Below, one piece after another: positions 51,836 through 62,196 of a DNA stretch of 64,000 bases (its first letter is position 1; every line of letters starts with the position of its first letter). The notes beneath the pieces were generated by a model, which did not search any database, was not told the origin of the DNA, and was given only the letters and a program-made list of their open reading frames with translations. The stretch is from positions 1-64,000 of the forward strand of contig JAEOTM010000060.1 in NCBI GenBank assembly GCA_016839815.1, given 5' to 3'. The DNA is from Candidatus Hodarchaeota archaeon. Lineage in GTDB: Archaea; Asgardarchaeota; Heimdallarchaeia; Hodarchaeales; Hodarchaeaceae. Both the position numbers and the translations under genes were made by a program.

Positions 51836-52666
51836 TTGGGAAGGTCTATGAAAACTAAAAAGTATCTACAGACGGTTAAGGCATTTTTAACACGAAATCA
51901 TAGTTCTGAAGTTGTCTCCATCGTTCTCTTTGGGTCATTAGCAGAGAAAAAACGAAATGTTGATCACTCAACTGATGTTGACTTACTCATTATTCTCAAA
52001 GATAGTTGCTTAAAACCCAAGCTCAAACAGATACAACAAGAATTACTCACACTAGAATCTCATTTTTTCCCTGTAGAGAACAGTTTCTTTGACCTTTTCA
52101 AAAAAGGACTACAAAAAGCGACAGGAATGTTCATCAATTTATTCATTTGTAGTCAATCTGATTTTAAAGATGAAAAGTTTACTAATGTATTTGGAGTCAA
52201 TCCTTTAATGGCGTTTTTATTCGCTCCAAAGACTTCTGTATGGAAATCACTGAAACAAAGACATAAGATCATATGGGGAGAGAATCTTTTTTGTGAAAAT
52301 ACGGAAGAATCAACGGTATCTCCTTCTGATATCTTAAGATCAATGACAATGAATCTTCTTTTGAGTTTGGGAGCAATTTGTCTGAGTCTTTTTACTACCT
52401 CTATGACAAAATATTCAATGGAGGCTGTAAAATGGAGCCTTTTTACCTGGAAAAATACTACAAATTATCAGCATACATCTTTACTTTCCATTAGTAACAG
52501 ATATGCACATAGTGCCACGTATCATGAGAAGAGGGTTCTTTCAGCATTTCTTACTTTTCGTAATACCCGAGAACCTAGTTCCTATCTGTTGCTATTTGCC
52601 CCTTTATTCATATTCAGGCTACACTACAGATTAATGAGGGGAGTTAGCACTGAAAGGAGAATCTAA
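51836..52666 (+). CDS. Pol-beta-type nucleotidyltransferase domain protein
   Basis: IVLFGSLA...STDVDLLII; helical C-terminal half. Confidence 0.8.
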   Translation: MGRSMKTKKYLQTVKAFLTRNHSSEVVSIVLFGSLAEKKRNVDHSTDVDLLIILKDSCLKPKLKQIQQELLTLESHFFPVENSFFDLFKKGLQKATGMFINLFICSQSDFKDEKFTNVFGVNPLMAFLFAPKTSVWKSLKQRHKIIWGENLFCENTEESTVSPSDILRSMTMNLLLSLGAICLSLFTTSMTKYSMEAVKWSLFTWKNTTNYQHTSLLSISNRYAHSATYHEKRVLSAFLTFRNTREPSSYLLLFAPLFIFRLHYRLMRGVSTERRI

Positions 52667-53988
52667 GGACTGTAAATATCTGGGGTTCTTGGAAACATAC
52701 TAGCTTCTCTTATATGAGATAAATTGGCGATCCATCTGACCAGTCGTTCAAATCCTAAACCAAAACCAGCGTGAGGTGGCATTCCAAATCGAAACATTCG
52801 GAGATACCATTCAAAGTTAGAAACTTCAAAGCCTTGATTAATAATTCGCTCCTCTAAAACCTTATAATCAGCTACTCTCTGTCCACCGCTAGATAATTCA
52901 CCAAATCCTTCTGGAGCCATTAAATCCAAAGAACGTGTTACCTCAGGATTTGTAGGATTTGAGGCATAATACATTCCTCTAAGATGAACGGGAAATTCAG
53001 TAATGAAGAAAGGTTCTTTGAATGATTTTGAAAGAGCAGACTCACCTGTTGCCCCGAAATCTTCTTCCTGAGCTTCTTCTACTCCTAGATCAAGAATCAT
53101 TTGTTTAGCTCCTTTGAATGGTATCTTTTTAAAAGGAGTTTTTGGAATAGAAATGGTTCTATCTAACTGTGCAAGTTGGTCTTCACCGTCACGAGCAACA
53201 GTGGTAAAAATAAAAGCAATCAAATCTTCTTGGACTTGCATTATCTCCTTATCTGTGGCAAATGCAATCTCGTTTTCAATTTGCCAGAATTCTGTCATAT
53301 GTTTGGTTGTATGAGATTTTTCAGCACGCCAAGAGGGAAGAAGTCCAAACACCTTTTCATGGCAAGAAAGTGCAGCTTGTTTGTAGAATTGGCAAGATTG
53401 AGCCAAGACGGCTGGTTTTCCAAAATAATCCAATGAAAATTGCTCTGCTCCTCCCTCAGTCGAAGCTGTAAGAATAAAGGGGGTGAAAATTTCTGTAAAT
53501 CCATTTTGTTTGAAAAATTTTCTTGTTGCTTGTGCAACAATGCTCTTCAAGTTCATTACAGCTGCTACATCAGGATCACGAATGGATAATTCTCTATATG
53601 CAAAAACTGTATCAATTTCCATTTTGGTTTTCATTTTGGTTAAATCTATGGGGACTTTTGGTTCTGCTACTACATGAATTATTACTGAATCTGGGGTTAA
53701 TTCAGCTCCTAACTTCGATCTCGAATCTGCTTTTACTTTTCCATGAATTGATACAACAGATTCAAGAGTTAGTTTTTTACATGTTTCCCAGACTACTTCA
53801 GAAACATTTTTTTGGTGGAGCGTTACTTGACAAATACCTGACGGATCACGAATAGTAAGAAACATTAATCGTCCTTTATCACGAATCTGTTGGATCCAAC
53901 CACCAATTAAAACTTCTTTACCATCATTTTGGCTATTCACATCTTGAGAACTGTGTGTTCGCCATTCAGGATTCACAGCATACAACAT
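52663..53988 (-). CDS. Class IIb aminoacyl-tRNA synthetase (Asp/Asn type)
   Basis: OB anticodon domain GWIQQIRDKG; TEGGA, LAQS, WRAEKS, GMPPHAGFGLGFERLV, FPRTP. Confidence 0.93.
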   Translation of the reverse strand: MLYAVNPEWRTHSSQDVNSQNDGKEVLIGGWIQQIRDKGRLMFLTIRDPSGICQVTLHQKNVSEVVWETCKKLTLESVVSIHGKVKADSRSKLGAELTPDSVIIHVVAEPKVPIDLTKMKTKMEIDTVFAYRELSIRDPDVAAVMNLKSIVAQATRKFFKQNGFTEIFTPFILTASTEGGAEQFSLDYFGKPAVLAQSCQFYKQAALSCHEKVFGLLPSWRAEKSHTTKHMTEFWQIENEIAFATDKEIMQVQEDLIAFIFTTVARDGEDQLAQLDRTISIPKTPFKKIPFKGAKQMILDLGVEEAQEEDFGATGESALSKSFKEPFFITEFPVHLRGMYYASNPTNPEVTRSLDLMAPEGFGELSSGGQRVADYKVLEERIINQGFEVSNFEWYLRMFRFGMPPHAGFGLGFERLVRWIANLSHIREASMFPRTPDIYSP

Positions 53989-54100
53989 AAGACTTCTCCT
54001 TAGTAGATAACCTAGAAATGATAGGGATATAAGAATAATTTTTCGGAGAATGAGAAATTTTCAGAAAAATATTTTTTAAACCAATGAATGATGTGAGATT

Positions 54101-55087
54101 ATGCAATTATTTTTACATAGTAAACCGAGTTCTAACGAAATAAATCCTAACCAAGAACTAGTTATTATCGGTAGCGGTCCAGCAGGATTAACTGCTGCAA
54201 TCTATGCAGCTCGTGCTCAACTAAATCCTCTTGTAATCGCTGGAATAGAAGCTGGTGGTCAACTGATGACAACTACCGAAGTAGAAAATTTTCCAGGATT
54301 TCCTGATATTGTTCAGGGGCCTGAGTTGATTACCAGAATGCGAGAGCAAGCTACACACTTAGGTGCAATATTTCTTGAAGATAACGTGATAGACATCAAT
54401 TTTACACAGAATCCATTTCTTATTCTGACGGGTCAGCATCAGATTGAAGCCAAAGCAGTAATAATTGCTACAGGAGCTGAACCTAAACGTTTAGGCTTAT
54501 CTAATGAACAAGAACTGAGTGGAAGAGGTGTTTCATATTGTGCAACCTGTGATGCTCCCTTTTTCAAAGATGTAGATGCTGCAGTGATTGGTGCAGGAGA
54601 TGTTGCCCTTGAAGAAGCGCTATTTTTAGCAAAGTACGCAAGGTCTGTGAAGATTATCTATCGGGGACCGAAAGAAAAAATGAGAGCAACTAAAGCCCTG
54701 TTGAAAAAAGGGTTTGAGAATGAGAAAATTGAATTTATCGATAATACTGAAGTTGAAAGTATCTTGGGAAGAGAACGATTAAATGGAATAACCATCAAAA
54801 ATACAGCTACTGGTCAAACCGATGTACTACACTTAGGAGGATTATTGGTGGCGATAGGATATCTGCCCCAAACTCAATTGTTCAAAGGAAAAGTCGCGTT
54901 AAATGAGGATGGATATATTATTCATAGTAAATATTCAATGACGAGTATCCCTGGAGTTTTTGCAGCTGGAGATGTGGTTGATTTTAGGTATCGTCAAGCG
55001 ATTACTGCCGCAGCTGAGGGGTGTAAAGCTGCATTAGATGCAGAAAAATGGTTACAGGATCCAAAACTTTTAATTCCAAGTTTTTAA
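54101..55087 (+). CDS. trxB: Thioredoxin-disulfide reductase
   Basis: IIGSGPAGLTAAIY, GGQLMTT, GVSYCATCD, AAGDV, YRQAITAA. Confidence 0.95.
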   Translation: MQLFLHSKPSSNEINPNQELVIIGSGPAGLTAAIYAARAQLNPLVIAGIEAGGQLMTTTEVENFPGFPDIVQGPELITRMREQATHLGAIFLEDNVIDINFTQNPFLILTGQHQIEAKAVIIATGAEPKRLGLSNEQELSGRGVSYCATCDAPFFKDVDAAVIGAGDVALEEALFLAKYARSVKIIYRGPKEKMRATKALLKKGFENEKIEFIDNTEVESILGRERLNGITIKNTATGQTDVLHLGGLLVAIGYLPQTQLFKGKVALNEDGYIIHSKYSMTSIPGVFAAGDVVDFRYRQAITAAAEGCKAALDAEKWLQDPKLLIPSF

Positions 55088-55119
55088 GATTTTAAATAAG
55101 AAGAAGAAGGGGAGGAAAA

Positions 55120-57387
55120 TCATCCTCCACCGAAGATGAGATCTAAGCCTACATCATCCATCTGCTCAAAGTAGGTTTGAATGGCGTCAAGATAGGATGG
55201 ATCACTCGCAAATTTACCAAGAATCTTGAATCCTGCAATAGTATCTAAGATACTCTGTGCTAATCCAGCGATAGAGACAGCTTCCGTTGCATTAGGTTCA
55301 AAGGTGTCTGGTGGTCCAGGGAACCAGAGGGTATCTTGCCAAGTGGTCTTCACTGTATTATCAATTAACGTTGCCGGCTCGATTTCATCATATGCTGAAG
55401 ATGCGTTATATTTACTATATCCCATTAAGATTTCTGACTGGTTGAAATCAGGATCGGCTAAAATCAAATCGAAGAATGTAGGTGCATCACCACCAGCACC
55501 TGCTATTGCAGCTGTATAAGATTGGTTAAAGAGTGAAAAACCTTCAGTAAATAATTGAATGGATGTAACAGTTCCTGCAAGGGCTCCCATCAAGTATTCA
55601 ATTTCAGTAACATTATCATTGAAATTATTCAGCATTTGACTGAAATCTTCTAACATCGGTTTAAGAGAAGCATCAATGATGGCACCATAGTTATCGGCTA
55701 CCAGACGATCACTCTCTTCAGTTGCCTCTCCGATATTATACTTCGCATCAGTAAAGATAAGATCTGCTGTTGCAACCTCTTCTGCAAAATTATTCCAATC
55801 TGTTGTTAAAACTGCTGGATCAGAAAAGTCTAAATTTTCTAGTGTAACCAAAATATTTTCCATTGCAGTATAACACTGTGTTCCATTAGCTGCTGCTAAG
55901 GCAAACCATGAAAGAAGGTTTGTCATGCCTTTAAGGATTTTCACTGTTCCATAGAACGGTAATTGGGATTCGTTATTGAAATCTCCAAGACTTATATGTT
56001 GGAAGGTGTCATTTGCTTCTTGAAGTTCTCCTGCTGCGTCATCAAGCCAAGCATTTGCACCAGGAAAATCGCTTTCTCCTAGTTCTTCAATAGCGAGAGT
56101 TGTTTTATAGGTAGCATTTAGGAAATCAATTCCTCCATCAGCAATCTCCAATATGATACCATAACCAGCTTCCACTTCTTCGATAATATCTACTACAATG
56201 TTCAGATCTGTGTTTTCACCGACGATAACGTCATTAAGGATAGTTGTGATATTTCCAATAGCGTTAAGAACTCCACTTTGAGCATCAGTAAAATTCTCAA
56301 CAGCATAACCAAGTTTATCTAAACCTAATACAAAATCCGGATCGTACGTTGCTTGAAGGTGAGTATTACTACTTCCAAAACCACCACCTAGATCAGTGTC
56401 TTCTAAGACTGAAAACGTTTCGTGAAAGCCACCAACAAGGTTCTGGTATCCTGCAAAGAGCGCAGGGAGTTCACCTGAAATAAGAGCAAGAACTTCTGCA
56501 ATATCCAAAATTCCTGTTGCTTGCTGCATGTTAAAGCCTTCAAAAGAAGTATTTTCTGGGAAAAAAACATCAATCAGTATATTCACAAGGAAATTATTTT
56601 GAAATTGCTTGAAAGCAATAGAAGATTCTTTAAACCACTTTTCAGCTCTTTCTGCTGCTTCACTAAGGTCTTTAACAACAGCAGGATCATTAAAGTCGAT
56701 ATTCGTTTCATTTTGAGCGCCTCCTCCTATTGTATAGCCAAAGGCTTGCATGAATTCAGAGGCACCTGCACCAATTGATACGCCACCATAAGCTAGATTT
56801 GCGAGTCCATGGTATGTAAACGGGATAAGTATCAATAGAACAATAACGAAAAATGCTGCAATTGGTTTCATGATGACTGAAAAGATCGAAAGTTCTCCTT
56901 TCTTCGTCCATATCCCAGTAGCAACTGCAGAAATAAAGAATCCAAGAAAGAGAGCAATTAATTCCACAATAATTAGATCTAGAATCATTGCTGCAGCGGC
57001 TATTTCTTCTCCAAAGTCTGCTAATTGAGGTATTAGTCCAGTTTCGATAATTGCATTCACAGGACCAGAAAGTCCTGAAAATATTCCAAACGGATTAGCA
57101 ATCAGACCTGCAGTAGACAAATCAAGGATATAAAGAAGAATCCATGCTATAGGAGCAGAGATTATACTAAGTAAGCCAATTAATTTTGATCTTGCAAGGA
57201 TACCAGTAAGACAAAAAGCAATAGCAACTAATAGCAGCTCAACTTGCATGAGTAAAGGAGATGTCCGTGATCCCAATAATCCAAAGACAATAGCAATAAT
57301 TACTGGGCCCAAGATTCCACCCAAAAAGGCTTGCCAGAATGGAAGCGCTTTTACGGTTCGTAAATCGTCAGATTCTGGTTCGAACAT
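55120..57387 (-). CDS. Large membrane protein: about 5 N-terminal TMs plus long acidic helical domain
   Basis: Hydrophobic first ~200 aa, then an A/E/D/N-rich helical region. Confidence 0.75.
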   Translation of the reverse strand: MFEPESDDLRTVKALPFWQAFLGGILGPVIIAIVFGLLGSRTSPLLMQVELLLVAIAFCLTGILARSKLIGLLSIISAPIAWILLYILDLSTAGLIANPFGIFSGLSGPVNAIIETGLIPQLADFGEEIAAAAMILDLIIVELIALFLGFFISAVATGIWTKKGELSIFSVIMKPIAAFFVIVLLILIPFTYHGLANLAYGGVSIGAGASEFMQAFGYTIGGGAQNETNIDFNDPAVVKDLSEAAERAEKWFKESSIAFKQFQNNFLVNILIDVFFPENTSFEGFNMQQATGILDIAEVLALISGELPALFAGYQNLVGGFHETFSVLEDTDLGGGFGSSNTHLQATYDPDFVLGLDKLGYAVENFTDAQSGVLNAIGNITTILNDVIVGENTDLNIVVDIIEEVEAGYGIILEIADGGIDFLNATYKTTLAIEELGESDFPGANAWLDDAAGELQEANDTFQHISLGDFNNESQLPFYGTVKILKGMTNLLSWFALAAANGTQCYTAMENILVTLENLDFSDPAVLTTDWNNFAEEVATADLIFTDAKYNIGEATEESDRLVADNYGAIIDASLKPMLEDFSQMLNNFNDNVTEIEYLMGALAGTVTSIQLFTEGFSLFNQSYTAAIAGAGGDAPTFFDLILADPDFNQSEILMGYSKYNASSAYDEIEPATLIDNTVKTTWQDTLWFPGPPDTFEPNATEAVSIAGLAQSILDTIAGFKILGKFASDPSYLDAIQTYFEQMDDVGLDLIFGGG

Positions 57388-57606
57388 TTTTATTCACATA
57401 ACTAAATTATATTATAGTATGAAGAATTTGAGGAGGACCTTCCTTATTAAAAGTAACTATTCAGTTATAGAGAAATGAGTAGTGATATCAGTTACACCAG
57501 TCTAATAGAAAAATCTATCAATGTTCTGGCAAGCTACCAATTTATGGAGTGGATAGTGAGTAAAAGGAAAAAATAGATGCGATATTTTCACATACGACAC
57601 TTTTTT

Positions 57607-59559
57607 CTAGGACAATTCAGCATTGAATTCTTCCCACGATTTAATATGGATTCCGTACTTCTTTGCTTTTTCTAATTTATTACTCCCTGGTTTTTCCCCA
57701 ACTACAAGTAAACCAAGAGATTTTGTTAGAGAAGCCCATTCATAATCATTCCTTTCAACATACGCCTTAATCTCTTTCTTAGTCATTCCTGGAATTTTTC
57801 CTGTGACATAAATAGTCCCCCGTGTTTCATATCCTTCCTGTTCCGAATCTACCAAATCTGTGTCTACTTTATCTGTATCTCCAATGAAAGCCAGAAGATT
57901 ACGTCTTGAATCTCTACCCCCTCTTTGCCTTCTTGAGGAATAATCTATAGAGACTCCCTTATTAAATAAGGCCTTTCCTAACGTGGGGTCCTGTACACCT
58001 GAAATAATATATCCAGCTGTAAGATCTGATATCCCCTCTATTCCTTTTAGGTCAGATATTTTTGCTTTTTCAATATCATCCCAAGAGTTAAAATGCTTTG
58101 AAAGAACTTTAGCTATTTGTACTCCTAAATTTTCTATCCCAAGACCTGCTAGAAAGAGATGAAATGGTAGGATACGAGACTGTTGTATATTTTGGAAGAC
58201 TTTGGATCCATTTTTCCCCAAAAGAGATACGAGTTTGGTTTCAGTTAATTCACTAGCATAAAGATCAGAAAAGTGCTGAATATGCTTATTATCGTACAGT
58301 TTTTCAATATTTTTTATTCCCAAACCTTTGATATCTATTATTCTTACCCAATGCCGAATTTTTTGGATATCACGGTCTCTACATGAATTACTTTGACATA
58401 TAAGGTTCACACCTTCCACACGAAGTTCAAATCCACAGGAAGGACAGTTTTCGGGTAGTACAACCTGGTTAGGTCCTTTCTTTTCAACTTGAGTAATTTT
58501 CGGGATTACATCCCCTGAACGAATAACCATTACTCTGTCTCCAACTGCTACGTCTAATGACTCAATAAACTCTCTATTATGTAGTGTAGCTCTACGAATC
58601 ACCGCTCCAGATACTTCTATTGGTATTAGCTCGGCTACTGGTGTAAGCACTCCTGTGCGACCTACTTGCCAAGTTATATCATTAATTAAGGTGCTTTTCC
58701 CCCTACTTTCAAACTTTAAGGCTATCATCCATTTTGGGTGATGTGCTGTAGTACCTGCAGTATTTATTGCATCACTTTCATTGTATTTTAAAACTAGTCC
58801 ATCAATTTCAAAATCTAGAGAATTTCTTTCGGCTTCTATGGAAGAAAATATTCGTTGGATATTTTTTCGGGTGGGTTCTTTAAGGTACTCGATTTTAGCG
58901 GTATTAAATCCCCAATCCTTAAGTATCCTCGCTCTATCACTTAATGGCGCTTCTCCCATATACCCAAGTAACTCAAATGCAAAAAATGCGATTTTTCTCT
59001 TCTCTAGTAATGAGAGATCTTTTTGCTTAATAGTACCCACAGCTAAATTCCTTGGACTACTGTAATTATCTCCTCCTAGAGCATTAATACGATGAAACTC
59101 TGAGAGAGGCATGAAAAGTTCCCCTCTTACGAAAATTTGCGATTTCATAGGGATTGTTTTTGGAATAGAGGCAAGTTTCATTGCTACAATTGTTGTATCG
59201 TCACCAGTGGTTCCATTTCCTCGTGTAGCCGCTTGAATTAAACGTCCTTCCTCATAAGTTAATGAAAGGGAAAGACCGTCAACTTTGTACTCAATATAAA
59301 GGTCGAACCCCTGACTCCATTTCAGAACTTCTTCAATATCTTGAGCTTTTTGACATGATAACATTGGAATATCGTGAGTTACTTTTCCTCCATCTAGGCT
59401 TCCGACAATGAAAAGAACAGGATTTTCTGGATCAAGCTGCCGCAATTTTTCCTCTAAACTATCATAAGCTTCATCAGATATTTCAGGTTCGCCATCATAG
59501 TACTTACGTTTATGATAAAGAATTTTATTTGCCAATTTGTCAATTTCTTTTGTCGTCAT
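57607..59559 (-). CDS. ligA: NAD-dependent DNA ligase
   Basis: EYKVDG, ATRGNGTTG, RGE, EIDGLV, QVGRTG, ATLHN, SGDVIP, Zn finger CPSC, HhH repeats, C-terminal BRCT. Confidence 0.97.
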   Translation of the reverse strand: MTTKEIDKLANKILYHKRKYYDGEPEISDEAYDSLEEKLRQLDPENPVLFIVGSLDGGKVTHDIPMLSCQKAQDIEEVLKWSQGFDLYIEYKVDGLSLSLTYEEGRLIQAATRGNGTTGDDTTIVAMKLASIPKTIPMKSQIFVRGELFMPLSEFHRINALGGDNYSSPRNLAVGTIKQKDLSLLEKRKIAFFAFELLGYMGEAPLSDRARILKDWGFNTAKIEYLKEPTRKNIQRIFSSIEAERNSLDFEIDGLVLKYNESDAINTAGTTAHHPKWMIALKFESRGKSTLINDITWQVGRTGVLTPVAELIPIEVSGAVIRRATLHNREFIESLDVAVGDRVMVIRSGDVIPKITQVEKKGPNQVVLPENCPSCGFELRVEGVNLICQSNSCRDRDIQKIRHWVRIIDIKGLGIKNIEKLYDNKHIQHFSDLYASELTETKLVSLLGKNGSKVFQNIQQSRILPFHLFLAGLGIENLGVQIAKVLSKHFNSWDDIEKAKISDLKGIEGISDLTAGYIISGVQDPTLGKALFNKGVSIDYSSRRQRGGRDSRRNLLAFIGDTDKVDTDLVDSEQEGYETRGTIYVTGKIPGMTKKEIKAYVERNDYEWASLTKSLGLLVVGEKPGSNKLEKAKKYGIHIKSWEEFNAELS

Positions 59560-59688
59560 TACTCAAATCTCCTACCTGAATAGCTTTAGAAGAAGCTCCA
59601 TTGGGACTAGACAAAAATAGAAAGCTCACAAGACTTTATCAATTGCAATCTGTTTTAGTATTTAAAAATTAACGGAGGTTCAATATAA

Positions 59689-60534
59689 ATGGACATTGAT
59701 TTGATATTAAAAATAGGGGGCTCTAGTATTTCTAATAAGGATTTACTCACAAAAGCTCTGAAGAGTCAATCACCAGATGATATAAAAGAAGCACTAGCGA
59801 TTAACACAGAGAATATTGATCGTATTGCATCAGAAATAAGGGAATTATATACCTCCGGAATTAAGAAGATGATCATATTGACTGGGGTAGGTTCACCAGG
59901 GCATTTTGTCGTATTACAACACGGGATACATAAGGGTAATTCAGGGAATATAAACCAACATTTAGGCCTAGTGGATGCTCAAGTGGCTGTTAATCGTTTA
60001 CGACAAGCTTTATTAGAAGCTTTTTCAAAATATATGGTTCCTGTTGTCCAACTTTATGCTTCAAGCATATATGAATCGAATAAAATGAGAATTATAAGAG
60101 GGGATACAACCAATTTTGAGCGGTTTATTGAAAATGGAATTATTCCTGTTATTTCTGGGGATGTAGTACCCGATTTAACGATGGGATATAGTGTGTTAAG
60201 TGGAGATCAGATAATACTTGATTTAGTAAGGAAATACTCCCCACCAAAAGTAATTTTTGGCTCAGATGTAGATGGAGTTTTTGATGATGATCCTAAATCA
60301 AGCACTCAAGCGAATCTAATCTCAAAAATTCCTTATTCTCAATTACCCCAAGTAATAGATCAGGTTTCAAGTGGGGACGCATCAGGGCGGATGAAAGGAA
60401 AACTTGTCGAAATTGGTAAATTATTAGAACTAGGACAAAAAGAGATTATTCTAATGAATATCACTAGAAAAGGGGCTTTACTTGAAACTGTAACCAGTGA
60501 TTCAAGTAATTGTACCCGATTTTATTCTGATTAG
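59689..60534 (+). CDS. Isopentenyl phosphate kinase (amino acid kinase family)
   Basis: LKIGGSSISNK, GVGSPGH, PVISGDVV, LSGDQI, SDVDGV, DASGRMKGK. Confidence 0.85.
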   Translation: MDIDLILKIGGSSISNKDLLTKALKSQSPDDIKEALAINTENIDRIASEIRELYTSGIKKMIILTGVGSPGHFVVLQHGIHKGNSGNINQHLGLVDAQVAVNRLRQALLEAFSKYMVPVVQLYASSIYESNKMRIIRGDTTNFERFIENGIIPVISGDVVPDLTMGYSVLSGDQIILDLVRKYSPPKVIFGSDVDGVFDDDPKSSTQANLISKIPYSQLPQVIDQVSSGDASGRMKGKLVEIGKLLELGQKEIILMNITRKGALLETVTSDSSNCTRFYSD

Positions 60535-60538
60535 GAAC

Positions 60539-61066
60539 TTAAGAGCAGAGATCTAAAATTATTTGCGAAATTTTCGTTAAATCTTCTTTTTCGTCAAATG
60601 AGAAATAATCAGCTACTTGAAGCAATTTTTCTTTCTGGATTAAGGGAGATTTAATAATTAAAATTGGCTCTTGATAGTTGTAACGCTGATATAGTTCTTC
60701 AAAGTCCTGTTGACTCTTTACAATAAAGATAAGGGGAATTTGGGGAAGCATTGCTGGATAGCTCTCACAGAGAATTAAATCGGTTGTTTCTGGAATTAAT
60801 TTCAACAGGTTTTGAAGACTTGACCGTTCAGTTCTTTTCTCGTAGGTTACCGTTTCGAAAGGGCTTGCAAAAATGATGGGATTTGCATTCGTATTGCGAT
60901 AAAGACTAGAGTCCTTCCCCTCAGGATCCAGAGAATAGTGTGAACTACTAAATTTAATCACTGAAATCCGTTTTCTTCTATCACCTAGAGATTGACTGAT
61001 TTTCAGTGTGAATGTAGTTTTTCCTGTATTTCTATTACCCACAATACCAATCAGAAGAGGTTTCAT
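60539..61066 (-). CDS. mobB: Molybdopterin-guanine dinucleotide biosynthesis protein B
   Basis: IVGNRNTGKTT, VIK, DPEGKDS, DLILCE. Confidence 0.8.
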   Translation of the reverse strand: MKPLLIGIVGNRNTGKTTFTLKISQSLGDRRKRISVIKFSSSHYSLDPEGKDSSLYRNTNANPIIFASPFETVTYEKRTERSSLQNLLKLIPETTDLILCESYPAMLPQIPLIFIVKSQQDFEELYQRYNYQEPILIIKSPLIQKEKLLQVADYFSFDEKEDLTKISQIILDLCS

Positions 61067-61086
61067 AATATATTCTCAACTATCAG

Positions 61087-61455
61087 TTACAAAATGTACA
61101 TGATAATATAAATTAATGCTCCTCCAAGTGTAATCAAACCCCCCATGGTTCCTCCGAGGATAGCTAACAGAAAAGCAACGACTATCCAATTTAAAGTTTC
61201 TTTTGCATGAAAATCATTCTTTATAGTCATAATAATCAATACAATTCCGACAATAATTGAAACTATACTCCAGAAATATTCAATATTCTCATCAAGAATA
61301 ATATATGAAGCTAAGAAAAATGAATTCGGAATTGTTTGCTCAAGAAAAGCAGTTACTCCGTATAATAGCATTAGTAATCCTCCTAATGCTACTAAAATAA
61401 CTCCTAGTACTGTACAATAACGATGCCACTTTGTTTTATATCTACGCTTTGTCAT
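61087..61455 (-). CDS. Small integral membrane protein
   Basis: Basic N-terminus followed by about 4 hydrophobic helices. Confidence 0.7.
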   Translation of the reverse strand: MTKRRYKTKWHRYCTVLGVILVALGGLLMLLYGVTAFLEQTIPNSFFLASYIILDENIEYFWSIVSIIVGIVLIIMTIKNDFHAKETLNWIVVAFLLAILGGTMGGLITLGGALIYIIMYIL

Positions 61456-61639
61456 TCTAGTTTTCCTCTAAATGTGGTAATAGTGATGGATAAATTCGAT
61501 AGGAATTGAGATTCTATCTTTTAACTTTCACAATTTGAAACTCGATTATGGAATACTCTCTCTTTAAGTTGATCTTTAGTATTTATCTATTATCCGATAA
61601 TTTCAAATAGAATTGGTTGATTAGTTGAGACTTGCTATG

Positions 61640-62083
61640 TCCTCCTCTCAAAGGTCATCTTGGAAAATATATTTCATGAAAATCGCCTCACAGGTCGGTA
61701 CACGGTCAACATGTAACCGTAAACATGTGGGAGCAGTAATAGTTCGTGATAAAACAATTTTATCAACTGGATATAATGGATCAATACGTAGTCTTGCTCA
61801 TTGTGATGATGAAGGACATATGTTAGAAAATGGCCATTGTATAAGAACCGTCCATGCTGAAGCGAATGCTATCGCTCAAGCTGCAAAGAATGGGGTGAAT
61901 GTAAATGGTGCGGAAATTTTTATTACAGCTTCACCTTGTTGGACATGTTTTAAGCTTCTTGCTAATTCTGGAATTGTTAAGATAACATATGGGGAATTTT
62001 ATAAAGACAAAAAAATCTTTGAAGCCTCAAAACTAGCTGGTATTGAGCTCGAACATCTTTCTCTTGATGAATCGGGGTTTTAA
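61640..62083 (+). CDS. dCMP deaminase / ComEB family deaminase
   Basis: YFM, RSTCNRKHVGAVIV, TGYNG, VHAEANA, SPCWTC; start approximate. Confidence 0.95.
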   Translation, partial: SSSQRSSWKIYFMKIASQVGTRSTCNRKHVGAVIVRDKTILSTGYNGSIRSLAHCDDEGHMLENGHCIRTVHAEANAIAQAAKNGVNVNGAEIFITASPCWTCFKLLANSGIVKITYGEFYKDKKIFEASKLAGIELEHLSLDESGF

Positions 62084-62196
62084 ACGCAGCTAGCACTGGG
62101 TAGAAAAAGAAGGAGAAGCTATTATTCCCAGCTTCAGAAAAAAAAAGAGAAGAAAGAATTTTCTCAAGTCCCTCTCGTTTTTTAATCAAGGATTAA

